64,000 nucleotides of DNA from an uncultured Methylomirabilota bacterium (GTDB taxonomy: Bacteria > Methylomirabilota > Methylomirabilia > Methylomirabilales > 2-02-FULL-66-22): the NCBI GenBank assembly GCA_963705305.1, contig OY970067.1:4512001-4576000 (forward strand), read 5' to 3'. Below are positions 48,687-59,520 of this stretch, piece after piece. Made by a program: the position numbers and the translations under genes. Under the pieces are notes generated by a model. It was not told the origin of the DNA, searched no databases, and was given only the letters and a program-made list of their open reading frames with translations. Numbering within the stretch: position 1 is the first letter of the stretch; every line of letters starts with the position of its first letter.

Positions 48687-50081
48687 CTACTGCTCGAACA
48701 GTGTGAGCTGCGTCTGATCCTCTGTCGGGAAGGGAACCGGGTACAACAAGCTGAAACAGGCATGGCAAAAGCCCGTCTCCTTGCCGACGGATTTGAGCAA
48801 ACCCTGCAGCGTCAGATAGCCGAGGCTATCCGCCCGGATGTAGCGACAGATCTCATCCACGGCGTGGCTGGAGGCAATGAGCTCTCGTCGGGTCGGGGTG
48901 TCGATGCCGTAGTAGCACGGCGAGAGGGTTGGCGGCGAGCTGATGCGCATGTGAACCTCGCGCGCCCCGGCGCTGCGCACCATGGTCACGATCTTTCGGC
49001 TGGTGGTGCCGCGGACGATCGAGTCGTCCACAACCACCACCCGCTTTCCCTCCAGGATTTCGCGCACCGGGTTCAATTTGATCTTGACCCCGAAGTGCCG
49101 GATGTTCTGCTTGGGCTCGATGAAGGTCCGCCCGACATAGTGATTGCGAATCAACCCATGGTCGAACGGGAGACTCGATTCCTCGGCGAATCCCAGGGCG
49201 GCAGGCACCCCCGAGTCCGGTACGGGGATCACCAGATCGGCCTCGGCCGGTGCTTCCTGAGCCAGTCGACGTCCCAACGCCCTGCGAACCGTGGCAACAT
49301 TCTGCCCGAACAGCAGGCTGTCCGGCCGGGCGAAATAGATGTATTCGAAGATGCACTGAGCCGGCGGGCTGGGAGGCATGGGAAAGTAGGATTTCATTCC
49401 CCGGGGGGTGATGTGGAGAAACTCGCCGGGCTCCAGGTCGCGGACAAATGTGGCGTCGATGAGATCGAAGGCGCAGCTCTCCGAGGCCAAGACCCACGCA
49501 TCCCCCAACCGGCCCAGCGACAGGGGGCGGAACCCGCGCGGATCACGAATCCCCAGGAGTTCGGTTTCGTTCATGATGACCAGGGAGTAGGCGCCGCTGA
49601 CCCGGCCCAGGGCCTCGGCCGCGGCCTCAACCAGGTCATCGCTCCGCGAGCGCGCGATCAGATGGACGACTACTTCGCTGTCGGTGCTGGAGCTGAAGAT
49701 GGATCCTTGGCCCTCCAACTCCGTCTTCAGCGACTGGGCGTTGACCAGGTTCCCGTTGTGTGCCAGGGCCACCGTCCCGTGCCGGTAGCTGGCCACGATC
49801 GGCTGGGCGTTCTTGAGGTGGGAGCTTCCGGTCGTCGAGTATCGCACATGGCCGATGGCGAGATCCCCCTGCAAACGTCGGAGTCGCGCCTCCGAGAAGA
49901 CATCCGCCACCAGTCCCATAGCCTTTTCCAGGTGGACGCTCCGCCCGTCGGAGGCCACGATGCCCGCGCTCTCCTGACCGCGGTGCTGAAGGGCATACAG
50001 CCCGAGGTAGGTCAGGTTCGCCGCCTCCGGAGAGCCCAGAATCCCGAAGATCCCGCACGCGTCGTGGAACCTATCCGCCAT
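48687..50081 (-). CDS. purF: Amidophosphoribosyltransferase
   Basis: CGIFG after a short propeptide; [22 protein letters not shown]. Confidence 0.97.
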   Translation of the reverse strand: MADRFHDACGIFGILGSPEAANLTYLGLYALQHRGQESAGIVASDGRSVHLEKAMGLVADVFSEARLRRLQGDLAIGHVRYSTTGSSHLKNAQPIVASYRHGTVALAHNGNLVNAQSLKTELEGQGSIFSSSTDSEVVVHLIARSRSDDLVEAAAEALGRVSGAYSLVIMNETELLGIRDPRGFRPLSLGRLGDAWVLASESCAFDLIDATFVRDLEPGEFLHITPRGMKSYFPMPPSPPAQCIFEYIYFARPDSLLFGQNVATVRRALGRRLAQEAPAEADLVIPVPDSGVPAALGFAEESSLPFDHGLIRNHYVGRTFIEPKQNIRHFGVKIKLNPVREILEGKRVVVVDDSIVRGTTSRKIVTMVRSAGAREVHMRISSPPTLSPCYYGIDTPTRRELIASSHAVDEICRYIRADSLGYLTLQGLLKSVGKETGFCHACFSLLYPVPFPTEDQTQLTLFEQ

Positions 50082-50120
50082 CTTCCGCCCCCATCCTCAC
50101 CATCTCTCGGGATGGAATTC

Positions 50121-50268
50121 ACAACCGACAACCGACCTGTGAAATTCAAAACCGACAACGGACACTTGCACACCGTTCAACATGCGCCCCGGCCCCCGCC
50201 CCTCGTCGTCGGTTTACCATTTTCCATTGTCGGTTCTCAGTTTTCAATTGTCAGTTTTGAGTTTTCCG
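50121..50268. repeat. Degenerate heptamer tandem repeats in inverted arrangement
   Basis: ACAACCG/AAAACCG/ACAACGG units at 50121-50161 and eight TT[T/G/C]-type 7-mers at 50213-50268. Confidence 0.65.
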
Positions 50269-51441
50269 ATGCCCTTCCAGCACCCGCTTGATCCCCTGGA
50301 TGGCTTGTCGCGTGCGGTGCTCGTTCTCCACCAGGGCGAAGCGGACGTACTCGTCCCCGTGCTGCCCGAAGCCGATGCCGGGCGAGACCGCCACCTTGGC
50401 CTGCTCCAGGAGGCACTTGCTGAACTCCAGCGAGCCCATCATGCGGAACTGATCCGGTATCCTGGCCCAGACGAACATCGTGCCGCGAGGCTTCTCGATC
50501 TTCCACCCCACCCGGCTGAGGCCGTCGCAGAGCACGTCGCGCCGGGAGGCATACGTCCGGACGATCTCCGCCACGCACTCTTGCGGGCCGTTCAGGGCAA
50601 TGATGGAGGCGACTTGGATCGGCTGAAACATGCCGTAGTCCAGATAGCTCTTGATGCGGGTCAAGGCGGCGATGATCCGCGGATTTCCCACGGCGAAGCC
50701 GACTCGCCAGCCGGGCATGTTATAGCTCTTGGAGAGGGTGAAAAACTCCACCCCTACCTCTTTGGCCCCCGGTGCCTGCAGGAAGCTGGGCGCCCGGTAG
50801 CCATCGAAGGCCAGGTCGGCGTACGCAAAATCGTGGACCACGATGAGGTCGTGCTCCTGCGCAAAGGCCACGATCTCCTTGAAGAACTCCAGATCCACCA
50901 CCGTGGTGGTGGGGTTGTGGGGGAAGCTCAGGATCAAGAGCTTGGGCTGCGGCCAGGACTCGTGGAAAGCCGCCAGGAGGTTGGCGGAGAAGTCCTCGCC
51001 GGGCCCCAGCCGGACGTGGCGAACGTCGCCACCCGCGATGATGACGGAATAGGCGTGGATCGGATAGGTGGGGTTGGGCACGAGGGCTACATCACCGGGC
51101 TCGACGACGGCGAGGGCCAGGTGGGCCAATCCTTCTTTGGCTCCGATAGTGGCGATGGCCTCCGTCTCCGGATCCAATTCCACCCCGTATCGGCGCCGAT
51201 ACCAGTCGCCAATGGCATGCCGGAGCTTGGTGATCCCGCGCGAAGCCGAGTAGCGATGATTGCGGGGGTTCCTCGCCGCCTCGCAGAGCTTGTCCACGAT
51301 GTGGGGGGGAGTGGCCAGGTCGGGATTCCCCATGCCGAAGTCGATGATGTCCTCGCCCCGGCCGCGCGCCTTGACCTTGAGGTCATTGACGATGGCAAAG
51401 ACGTACGGCGGAAGCCGCTTGATCCGCTTGAACTCTTCCAT
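50251..51441 (-). CDS. Class I/II PLP aminotransferase, AlaC-like
   Basis: [29 protein letters not shown] and [12 protein letters not shown]. Confidence 0.9.
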   Translation of the reverse strand: MEEFKRIKRLPPYVFAIVNDLKVKARGRGEDIIDFGMGNPDLATPPHIVDKLCEAARNPRNHRYSASRGITKLRHAIGDWYRRRYGVELDPETEAIATIGAKEGLAHLALAVVEPGDVALVPNPTYPIHAYSVIIAGGDVRHVRLGPGEDFSANLLAAFHESWPQPKLLILSFPHNPTTTVVDLEFFKEIVAFAQEHDLIVVHDFAYADLAFDGYRAPSFLQAPGAKEVGVEFFTLSKSYNMPGWRVGFAVGNPRIIAALTRIKSYLDYGMFQPIQVASIIALNGPQECVAEIVRTYASRRDVLCDGLSRVGWKIEKPRGTMFVWARIPDQFRMMGSLEFSKCLLEQAKVAVSPGIGFGQHGDEYVRFALVENEHRTRQAIQGIKRVLEGHRKTQN

Positions 51442-51509
51442 GCTCCTCCCACCCCACTGAACAGCCGCCAATCACCTCGACGACTGGATGGGCGGCGAAC
51501 TCCTCTATT

Positions 51510-52445
51510 TCACGACCCGACGGCCAGCTCTCCGGCCCCCTCGACCGTCCGTGCGGCGCGGTGGGCCGTCAGCTCGGCGTGATACGAACTCCGCACCAGA
51601 GGCCCGGAGTACACCGCTCGGAACCCCATCGCGTTGCCGGCCTCCTCCAGCGCCCGGAACCGATCCGGATGAACGAATTCCACCACTGCCAGGTGGTGCG
51701 CGGTGGGCTGCAAATACTGGCCGATGGTCAAGATGTCGCAGTCGACGCCCCGCGTGTCCCGCATCGCAGCCAGAACCTCCTCCTCGGTCTCGCCCAGTCC
51801 CAGCATGAACCCGGTCTTGGTGATCGGCTGGCCCATCTCTTTGGCGAGGCGCAGGACGTCCAGCGATCGCCGGTACCGCGCTTGGACACGGACACGCTTC
51901 GAGAGGCGCTCCACCGTCTCCAAGTTGTGATTGAACACGGTCGGTTCGCTTTGCACCACGGTGCCGATGTGTTCGCGGCTGCCCTTGAAATCCGGCACCA
52001 GAACCTCCACCTGGGCGGCGGGATTGTACTCGCGAATGGCCCGGACCGTCGCCGCAAAATGGGCCGCCCCGCCGTCCGGCAGGTCGTCCCGCGCCACCGA
52101 GGTGATGACGACGAATCGCAGGCCCAGGCGGCGGCTCACCTCCGCCACGTGGCGCGGCTCGTCCGGATCGGGCGGAGCCGGGCGGCCGGTGGTGACGGCG
52201 CAGAAGCCGCAGCTGCGTGTGCAGATCTCCCCCAGCAGCATGAAGGTGGCGGTCCCGCGCGTCCAGCACTCACCCTGATTGGGGCAGCGGGCCGATTCGC
52301 ACACGGTGTGCAGCCGGCCCTGGCCGAGGAGAACGCGCATGCCGTGCACGCGCTCCCAGTGGCCCGATTTGGCGCGGAGCCACGGCGGCAGACGCCGGGG
52401 CGCGGCAGGTGGAGTCTGGATTCCGTCGATCTGGAGCAGGTGCAC
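51510..52445 (-). CDS. lipA: Lipoyl synthase
   Basis: CESARCPNQGEC, CTRSCGFC, NHNLET and VRSSY. Confidence 0.97.
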   Translation of the reverse strand: MHLLQIDGIQTPPAAPRRLPPWLRAKSGHWERVHGMRVLLGQGRLHTVCESARCPNQGECWTRGTATFMLLGEICTRSCGFCAVTTGRPAPPDPDEPRHVAEVSRRLGLRFVVITSVARDDLPDGGAAHFAATVRAIREYNPAAQVEVLVPDFKGSREHIGTVVQSEPTVFNHNLETVERLSKRVRVQARYRRSLDVLRLAKEMGQPITKTGFMLGLGETEEEVLAAMRDTRGVDCDILTIGQYLQPTAHHLAVVEFVHPDRFRALEEAGNAMGFRAVYSGPLVRSSYHAELTAHRAARTVEGAGELAVGS

Positions 52446-52466
52446 TGCTGCCCTCCCGTCCTTCCT

Positions 52467-53861
52467 CTAGGATGCGCGGAGGCGGGCCTTGTGAACGGCT
52501 TCCCCGTGGACGTCGTGCATCGCTTCCGCGACGGCCTCGGGCAGGGTCGGATGGGCGTGCATGGCCTCCGACACCTGCCGGACCGTCAGCCCGTGTCGAA
52601 CCGCCAGCACCCCCTCCGCAATCAGATCGGTCGCGCGCCCTCCCACAATCCCGACCCCCAGCACGGCATCGGTCTCTGCATCCGCGATCACCTTGACCAT
52701 CCCCGCCGTCTCCCCCACACACATAGCCTTTCCCAGGGCGGCGAAATTGAATCGCCCGATCTTCACGGCCCGCCCCTGCTGCTTGGCCGCGGGCTCCGAG
52801 AGGCCCACGCTGGCAATCTCGGGATCGGTGTAGATGCAGTTGGGAATCGCCGAATAGTCCATGCGGGCGTCCGCCCCGGTCGCATTGAAGGCGGCCACCA
52901 ACCCCTGCATGGACGCCACATGGGCCAACAGCGAGATGCCGGTCACATCGCCGATGGCGTAGATGCCTGGCACAGAAGTCTCCATCCGCTCGTTCACCGG
53001 AATGGCGCCCCGCTCCACCCGCACGCCGGCCGCGTCCAGGCCAATGCCGTCGCTGTTCAGGCGGCGCCCCACGGAGACCAAAGCCCGCTCCGCCTCCACG
53101 CTGACCCCGCTGCTGAGATCCGCCCGCACCCCCCCGGCGGTCGGCTCCAGGGCGGTGACCTTGGCATCCGCGTGAAACGTCACCCCCCGCTTCTGCAGGG
53201 CCCCCTGGACGACCCGGACCAGCATCGGATCTTCCATGGCCAGCACCTGCGGCAGCATCTCCACCACCGTGACCTGTGCGCCGAGAGCGGAGAGCATGGA
53301 GGCAAACTCCATCCCGATCACCCCGCCGCCCACGATGAGGAAGGACGTGGGGACGACGGTCATCCGGAGGGCATCGGTGCTGCTCAGGAACCGCTGGCCG
53401 TCGCATGCGACCCCCGGCAGGCTTTGCGGCTCGGAGCCCGATGCGATGATGATCGCCTTGGCCGAAACGGTCTCGCTGCCGCCAGCACCCCGAATTTCGA
53501 CCCGCCGCGCATCCAGCAGACGGCCCGTTCCCTGTTTCAAGGTGACCTTGGCCGCCCCCAGGAGCATGGTCACGCCCTTCACCTGTGTGGCGACGATTTC
53601 GTCCTTTCGCTTCTGGGCCCGCGCCATGTCGAAGGCCCAGGCGTCCGCCCGGACGCCGAAGTCCGCCCCCTCCCGGGCGTGCCTCCACAGTTCCGCCGAG
53701 TGGATCAACGCCTTGCTGGGTATGCAGCCGCGGTTGAGGCAGGTGCCCCCCACAACATCCCGCTCCACCAGACACACGGCTGCCCCGCGCTGCGCCGCAC
53801 GCAGGGCGGCCACGTATCCGCCTGGACCGGCTCCGACGACGACGACGTCGTATGCGCTCAT
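52467..53861 (-). CDS. lpdA: Dihydrolipoyl dehydrogenase
   Basis: GAGPGG, GGTCLNRGCIPSK, GGGVIGME and HPTLPE. Confidence 0.96.
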   Translation of the reverse strand: MSAYDVVVVGAGPGGYVAALRAAQRGAAVCLVERDVVGGTCLNRGCIPSKALIHSAELWRHAREGADFGVRADAWAFDMARAQKRKDEIVATQVKGVTMLLGAAKVTLKQGTGRLLDARRVEIRGAGGSETVSAKAIIIASGSEPQSLPGVACDGQRFLSSTDALRMTVVPTSFLIVGGGVIGMEFASMLSALGAQVTVVEMLPQVLAMEDPMLVRVVQGALQKRGVTFHADAKVTALEPTAGGVRADLSSGVSVEAERALVSVGRRLNSDGIGLDAAGVRVERGAIPVNERMETSVPGIYAIGDVTGISLLAHVASMQGLVAAFNATGADARMDYSAIPNCIYTDPEIASVGLSEPAAKQQGRAVKIGRFNFAALGKAMCVGETAGMVKVIADAETDAVLGVGIVGGRATDLIAEGVLAVRHGLTVRQVSEAMHAHPTLPEAVAEAMHDVHGEAVHKARLRAS

Positions 53862-53916
53862 TCGAATCGGTCCCTCCGCTGGCTTTTACGGGCCGTATTC
53901 CCCGGCGTGACGGGTC

Positions 53917-54098
53917 ACATGCGGCGGTCGCAACGGACCCGGTGCGCCCCGGTCCCCCACAACAATGAAGCCCCCGTTCGGGGGCTCATCAGCCTTCGGC
54001 GGCGACTGGCGGGCAGGTCGGCAAGCGGCTGACCATATTCCCCCTGAAGATACCAACTCCTCCCCCCGCCGCTTTGGTCCGCCCACGCCGCCGCATGT
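53917..54098 (-). ncRNA. Candidate structured RNA or 5' leader upstream of lpdA
   Basis: 11-bp terminal inverted repeat ACATGCGGCGG, extended by CGGACC/GGTCCG; internal hairpin at 53969-53986; begins just after a predicted promoter. Confidence 0.4.
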
Positions 54099-54101
54099 CG
54101 A

Positions 54102-54130
54102 AGGCTACCAAACGAACCTAGGGGTGTCAA
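54102..54130 (-). promoter_or_regulatory. Putative sigma70 promoter upstream of lpdA
   Basis: Minus-strand TTGACA-17 nt-TAGCCT with extended -10 TG. Confidence 0.65.
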
Positions 54131-54279
54131 CGGGTTCTTGGCCCGGGAGATCAGCCTTTCGGCGCTGCGCGAGAGTCCGCCTCGGGGAGGAGGGCAATGC
54201 GCAGGCTCTCGCTGTCCGCCGGCGGATCGGAGGAGGTCCTGACCGCTCCGTCCCGTCTCTCCAGCCGGAACCTTCGCGT

Positions 54280-55962
54280 TCACATCCGCTCGGGGGCCCC
54301 CACTCCCAGGAGCTCGAGCGCGTTCCCCACCACCTGCCGCACCGCTGCGACCATGGCCAGCCGCGCCCGGCTCTGCGGTCGGTCTCCCGAGATGACCCGC
54401 TCTTCGCTGTCCTTGTAGCGGGTGAAGTAGCCGTGGAATCCCGCGGCCAGCTCCTGCAGATACGTGGTGACCCGGTGCGGCTCGTAGGCCAGCGCCGCCT
54501 GGAGGACCAGCTCCGGATAGATCGCCAGCCGCTTGGTGATCGCAAGCTCCTCGGGGAGGGTCAAGCGGGAGAGGTCGGCATCCCCGTAGGGGCCGGACAG
54601 GCCCGCCTCCGCCGCCTTGCGCAGGATGCTGCAGGCCCTGGCGTGGGCGTACTGGACATAGAAGACCGGATTGTCCATGCTCTGCCGTTTTGCCACCTCG
54701 ATATCGAAATCCAGCTGGGCCTCCGACCGGCGCGTCAGGAACAGAAAGCGGGCCGCGTCCTTGCCGACCTCGCCGACGACCTCTTTCAGCTCCACGAACT
54801 GGCCCGTCCGCTTCGACATGGGTACCGGCACGCCGTCACGCAGGACCCGCACCATCTGCAGCAGGATCACATGCAGGATCTCCGGGTCGCCGCCCAGCGC
54901 CTGAATCGCCGCCTTGACCCGTGGAATGTAGCCGCCATGATCGGCTCCCCAGATGTTGATGAGCCGCTGGTAACCCCGCTGGATCTTATTGGCGTGGTAG
55001 GCGATATCCGACGTGAAGTAGGTGGGCTCCCCCGTGCTCCGGATCAGGATGCGGTCCTTCTCGTCACCGAAGCCGCTGGCCCGGAAGCCGACCGCCTGTC
55101 CCTCCTCGTACAGATACCCCCCCGCCCGCAGCGTGGCCAGGACGGCCCCGACCTCGCCGGACTCATAGAGGCTCCGCTCTGAAAACCACCGATCGAATGC
55201 GACCCCGAACGCCTCCAGGTCCGCCTTGATCTCTGCCAGGAGGATCTTGGATCCGCGCTCGGCACAGAGGGGGATCGCCTGGTCTGGTGAAAGCTCTGCC
55301 AATCCCGGCTGCTCCGATGCCACACGCTCCGCCACCTCCCGCACATAGTCGCCGTGGTAGCCGTTCTCCGGAAAGCTGTACGGCCTGCCGATCGCCTCCA
55401 TCCGGCGGGCGAACACCGACTCTCCCAAGAGGCGGACCTGGCTTCCCGCGTCGTTGATGTAGTATTCCCGCTGGACCTCGTATCCGACCGCCTGGAGGAG
55501 ACGGCCCACCGCGTCTCCCAGCACGGCCCCCCGGCCGTGTCCCACGTGGAGGGGGCCCGTGGGGTTCGCGCTCACGAACTCGACCTGCACCCGCAGCCCC
55601 CGCCCGACCCCTGCGCGTCCGTAAGCCGGACCGGCGGCCAGCATGTCCCGCAGGGCCTGCTGCCACCACTCGCGCGCCACGAACACGTTGAGGTAGCCCG
55701 CTCCCGCCACCTCCAGCCTCTCTACCACCGCGGGGTCGATCGCAAAGGCCCGGCAGATTCCGTCGGCGATCTCCCGAGGCTTGCGGCGCACCTGCTTGGC
55801 CAGGCCGAAGCTCACCGTAGTGGACAGGTCGCCGAACTGGGCGTCCGCTGGATACTCCCACTGGACGTCCGGCACCGGACACTCCGGCCAGGCATTGGAC
55901 GCGCTCGCCCGGCCGATGGCCGCCACCACCTTCGCAGCTAGAATCTGCTTCAGTCTCTCCAC
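54280..55962 (-). CDS. argS: Arginine--tRNA ligase
   Basis: VEFVSANPTGPLHVGHGRGA, EYYINDAG, MSKRTG, YVQYAHAR and terminal APERM; GTG start after AGAGGA. Confidence 0.97.
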   Translation of the reverse strand: MERLKQILAAKVVAAIGRASASNAWPECPVPDVQWEYPADAQFGDLSTTVSFGLAKQVRRKPREIADGICRAFAIDPAVVERLEVAGAGYLNVFVAREWWQQALRDMLAAGPAYGRAGVGRGLRVQVEFVSANPTGPLHVGHGRGAVLGDAVGRLLQAVGYEVQREYYINDAGSQVRLLGESVFARRMEAIGRPYSFPENGYHGDYVREVAERVASEQPGLAELSPDQAIPLCAERGSKILLAEIKADLEAFGVAFDRWFSERSLYESGEVGAVLATLRAGGYLYEEGQAVGFRASGFGDEKDRILIRSTGEPTYFTSDIAYHANKIQRGYQRLINIWGADHGGYIPRVKAAIQALGGDPEILHVILLQMVRVLRDGVPVPMSKRTGQFVELKEVVGEVGKDAARFLFLTRRSEAQLDFDIEVAKRQSMDNPVFYVQYAHARACSILRKAAEAGLSGPYGDADLSRLTLPEELAITKRLAIYPELVLQAALAYEPHRVTTYLQELAAGFHGYFTRYKDSEERVISGDRPQSRARLAMVAAVRQVVGNALELLGVGAPERM

Positions 55963-56042
55963 GGACAATCCTCTTGGCTGGACACCCTCGGAGCCGCACG
56001 CCCGTATCCCGGCCGCACCGCCCACGGCGTGCCGGCTGCTGC

Positions 56043-57260
56043 TCAGGTCTGCTCGATCGCCATACCGGGCGCAGGCGCCTCGCACCGCCGAGCGGGGGGC
56101 TCTGGAAATTCGAAGGTCCGGATCTCCATCCGGTCCAGGCCCGTCTGCACCAGCCGGTCGACCGCCAGGCACCCTTCGGCCTTCCGCACCTCCTCCAGGG
56201 TTGAAAAGGTGGCAGGGTGCTGCGGAACGAAGAGGCGGCAGCAGTCCTGATCAGGAATGATGGAGATGTCGTAGGTGCCGAGGGCGCGCGCCTGCCGGAC
56301 GATCTCTTCCTTGTCGCTGCCGATCAGGGGCCGCAGGATCGGCAGGCCCACCGCCTCCTCGATGACGGTCAGGTTGTCGAGGGTCTGGGAGGCCACCTGT
56401 CCCAGGCTCTCCCCCGTCACCAGCGCCTTGGCGCCCTCGCGCCGGGCGATGGCCTCGGCGATGCGGCCCATCAACCGGCGGTACAGGATCACGCGCAGCC
56501 GTGCCGGCGCGCCGGCCACCACCTCCCGCTGAATCTCTCCGAACGGAACGAGGTACAGCCGGGACTCATACTGGAACCGCGTCAGCCGTGCGGCCAACTC
56601 CACGGCCTTGTCCCGGGAGGTGGCGTCCAGGAACGGAAAGCTGTGAAAATGAACGAAGGCGGCCTGGCAGCCCCGCTTCAGCAGGCGCTGGGCCGCCACC
56701 GGGGAGTCGATCCCGCCGGACAGCAGGCACGCCACCTTCCCGCTCACGCCTACCGGAAGGCCCCCGGGCCCCGGCTCTCGACCGAGGGAAAAATAGATCT
56801 GGCGCGGCAGGACTTCGACGTGGACGGTGAGATCGGGCTGCTCCAGGTCCACCGTGGCCCGGGTCCGGGCCGCGACGAAGGCGCCCAACTCTCCGTTGAC
56901 ACCCTCCGATGTCAAAGGAAACTGCTTGAAGGCCCGTCGGGTGGCCACCTTGAAGGTGGTGAACGCCCGGCCCTCGACCGCCTTCCCCACGGCGGCCTTC
57001 AATGCCTCCATGTCCAGACCCACACGCTGGCTCAGGGAGAAGTTGGCGATCCCAAAGACCCATTGCAGCCGCTCGCGGATCGTCTCCCAATCGGCCGTGC
57101 GGTCGAGGGACAGCATCATGCGTCCGGAGCGCTGCTCCACTGCCCGCACGCCCGCCCCGCTGGTGGCGCGGAGCAGATTGGCCTCCAGCCGGCGCAGGAA
57201 CAGGGGCTGGTTCTTCCCCTTGAGGCTGATCTCGTTGTAGTGGACTACCACGCAGCACAC
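56043..57260 (-). CDS. thiI: tRNA 4-thiouridine synthase ThiI (no rhodanese domain)
   Basis: YNEISLKGKN, THUMP region, LLSGGIDSPVA and GESLGQVASQT; start position uncertain. Confidence 0.93.
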   Translation of the reverse strand: MCCVVVHYNEISLKGKNQPLFLRRLEANLLRATSGAGVRAVEQRSGRMMLSLDRTADWETIRERLQWVFGIANFSLSQRVGLDMEALKAAVGKAVEGRAFTTFKVATRRAFKQFPLTSEGVNGELGAFVAARTRATVDLEQPDLTVHVEVLPRQIYFSLGREPGPGGLPVGVSGKVACLLSGGIDSPVAAQRLLKRGCQAAFVHFHSFPFLDATSRDKAVELAARLTRFQYESRLYLVPFGEIQREVVAGAPARLRVILYRRLMGRIAEAIARREGAKALVTGESLGQVASQTLDNLTVIEEAVGLPILRPLIGSDKEEIVRQARALGTYDISIIPDQDCCRLFVPQHPATFSTLEEVRKAEGCLAVDRLVQTGLDRMEIRTFEFPEPPARRCEAPAPGMAIEQT

Positions 57261-57405
57261 ACGCACCTCGATGCTGCAGCGTATCATTCTGCCCCGCCGA
57301 ACCAAAGCAGAATGTCGGTCCCGGGGGCACGCACCGAACCGCCGCCTAGAGGACCGGGCCGACGCATCCCATTCGCACCCGGCCTTTCTCGACGGCCGTC
57401 CGCCG

Positions 57406-58041
57406 TCAGAAGCCGACGACGTCTTCGGCGCTGCGCCACAGGTACCAGCAGGCCGCGCTGCTGTGAGGGCGCCAGCTCCGTCCCAGCCGCCCTACCCTGG
57501 CGGGGGTCGGGAGCGTGCGCAGACCATAGGCCTTCCGGACGGCGGCACGGATTCCGAGATCTCCCGCCGCCAGCACATCGGGCCGCCGGAGCGCAAACAT
57601 CAGGAACATCTGGGCGGTCCAGACGCCCACGCCTTTCACCGCCCGCAGCTCTTCGATCACGGCCGCATCCGGCAGCCTCGCCAGGCGGGAAAAATCGACC
57701 ACCCCGCCCCGCACCTTCTCCGCCAGGTCGTGCAGGTAGCCGGCCTTCTGCTGCGACAGGCCCAGGCGGCGAAGTTCCCCCCTCGTCCGACCCAGGATCT
57801 CCTCCGGCGTCATGCGCGAGTCTCGCGCGACCGCGTCCTTGAGCCGGCCGAAGATGGCCCTGGCCGCCCTGCCGGAAAGCTGCTGGAGGACGATGCAGCG
57901 GACCAGGGTCTCGAAATCCGGATCGGCATAACGGATCCGGTACGGCCCCACGCGCTGGATGATCGTCCCCAGAATCGGATCCGCCCTGGCGAGATGCCGT
58001 AAAGCCCGCCGCATCACAAGGGGACGTCCCGTCTTCCCCAT
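57406..58041 (-). CDS. AlkA-like HhH-GPD DNA-3-methyladenine glycosylase
   Basis: QQLS, VKGVGVWTAQMFLMF, DLGIR and WRPHSS. Confidence 0.9.
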   Translation of the reverse strand: MGKTGRPLVMRRALRHLARADPILGTIIQRVGPYRIRYADPDFETLVRCIVLQQLSGRAARAIFGRLKDAVARDSRMTPEEILGRTRGELRRLGLSQQKAGYLHDLAEKVRGGVVDFSRLARLPDAAVIEELRAVKGVGVWTAQMFLMFALRRPDVLAAGDLGIRAAVRKAYGLRTLPTPARVGRLGRSWRPHSSAACWYLWRSAEDVVGF

Positions 58042-58051
58042 CGACCGGGGT

Positions 58052-59380
58052 TCAGGCGGCCAGGGGCGCCATGGCGCCGCTGAGGACCGCCTGTACCAGG
58101 CCTCGGGCGGACGCCCTCACCCGCAGGGCAGGGCGCGCCAAACGAGCCGCCAAGTCATTTATCCGGATGTCATCCAGGAAAACGTCCTCGTCGTCTTTGA
58201 ACGCCACCGCCGGAATGAGGAGGGCACGGCCCAGTGTGGCGCGCCGTCCCTCCAGGGCCTTCAGGATGTCCGCCCCCGTCAGCAGGCCGGCGCAGGTCAC
58301 CGAACCGCCGAAGAACTCGTTCACCACGGGGACCAGATCGAGGTGCAGCCCCTGGATGCGATTCAGACGCTCAATCGCCCCGCGGAGGACGGGAGCGGCC
58401 AGCGTTCCGGTGACAACGGTCAGGCGCCGGGGCGGCAGGGCGGCGCCGGGAAGCTTTGGCTCCAGCCGGCGGAATTCGTCCAGGAACTTCCGGCAACCTC
58501 CGACGCCGTTTCCAAGCTGCGGATACCCCTCGTACGTCCGGCCTCCGGGAAAAGCAAGGCCGCCCAGAAGGTAGAATTCGTCCGAGGGGAACGCCAAGCG
58601 GGTTCTCAGGTCTCTCAGAAACCGCCGGCGCCGCGGCGCCACCCACTCCAGGAGGCTCCGGGCGTATGCCGGATCCGGCGCGCGCAGAGCGGGGAGCTTT
58701 TCGCGGTACTGGGTGAGCCCAACCGGAACCAGGGCCACCGTCCGGACATGGGGGTGAAATCGCGCCAGATCCTCCAGGGTCCGCTGGAGGTGCGGTCCGT
58801 CGTTGATCCCCGGACACAGCACCACCTGGGTATGCATGGCGATCCGGCCGGCCGCGAAGAATCCAATCTGCTCCAGGATGTCTGGCGCGCGCGGGTTTCC
58901 CAGGATCTCGTTCCGCAGCTTCCAGTCGGTGGCGTGCACGGAGACATACAGGGGGCTCAGCCGTTCTCGCACGATCCGCTCCATCTCCGCTGCGGAGAGG
59001 TTGGTAAGCGTGGCGAAGTTGCCGTTCAGAAACGAGAACCGGAAGTCGTCGTCCTTGAAGTACAGGGCGCGGCGCATCCCGCGCCCGTTCTGGTGCGCAA
59101 AGCAGAAGGCGCACTTGTTGTTGCAGGCCCGCATCTTGAGGGGGTCCACCTCCAGGCCCAAGGGCCGGTCTTCCGCCTTCCGGACGCGCGCCCGATGCAC
59201 CATCCCATCCCCGTCCTGCCACACCAGATCCAGGCGCCCGGCCGTCTCGGCGAATCGCAGCGCCAGAGCGTCGGTGACCGGACGCCCGTTGATGCTCAGC
59301 AAGGCCGCCCCGGGGCTCACACCCGCCTGCGCGGCCGGGCTGCCCGCTTCGACCGCATGAATGCCCAATGGCTTGTTCAT
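58052..59380 (-). CDS. PDZ + DUF512 putative Fe-S (radical SAM-like) protein
   Basis: N-terminal PDZ-like VEAGSPAAQAG; CNNKCAFCF; KDDDFRFSFL; QVVLCPGINDG; QLGNGVG; FLDD. Confidence 0.85.
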   Translation of the reverse strand: MNKPLGIHAVEAGSPAAQAGVSPGAALLSINGRPVTDALALRFAETAGRLDLVWQDGDGMVHRARVRKAEDRPLGLEVDPLKMRACNNKCAFCFAHQNGRGMRRALYFKDDDFRFSFLNGNFATLTNLSAAEMERIVRERLSPLYVSVHATDWKLRNEILGNPRAPDILEQIGFFAAGRIAMHTQVVLCPGINDGPHLQRTLEDLARFHPHVRTVALVPVGLTQYREKLPALRAPDPAYARSLLEWVAPRRRRFLRDLRTRLAFPSDEFYLLGGLAFPGGRTYEGYPQLGNGVGGCRKFLDEFRRLEPKLPGAALPPRRLTVVTGTLAAPVLRGAIERLNRIQGLHLDLVPVVNEFFGGSVTCAGLLTGADILKALEGRRATLGRALLIPAVAFKDDEDVFLDDIRINDLAARLARPALRVRASARGLVQAVLSGAMAPLAA

Positions 59381-59520
59381 CCTGCCGTCCTGCATCTCTC
59401 CCAAAGCGGCTTCCCTCTCTCGGGAATCAGGACCCCGAGGTCTGCCGCGACGTCCCCCGCAGGGACGGAGCGTCCGCCCCGCGGCCGGGAGACCCAGCCG
59501 GAGTCCCGTGCGTCCTTGCG

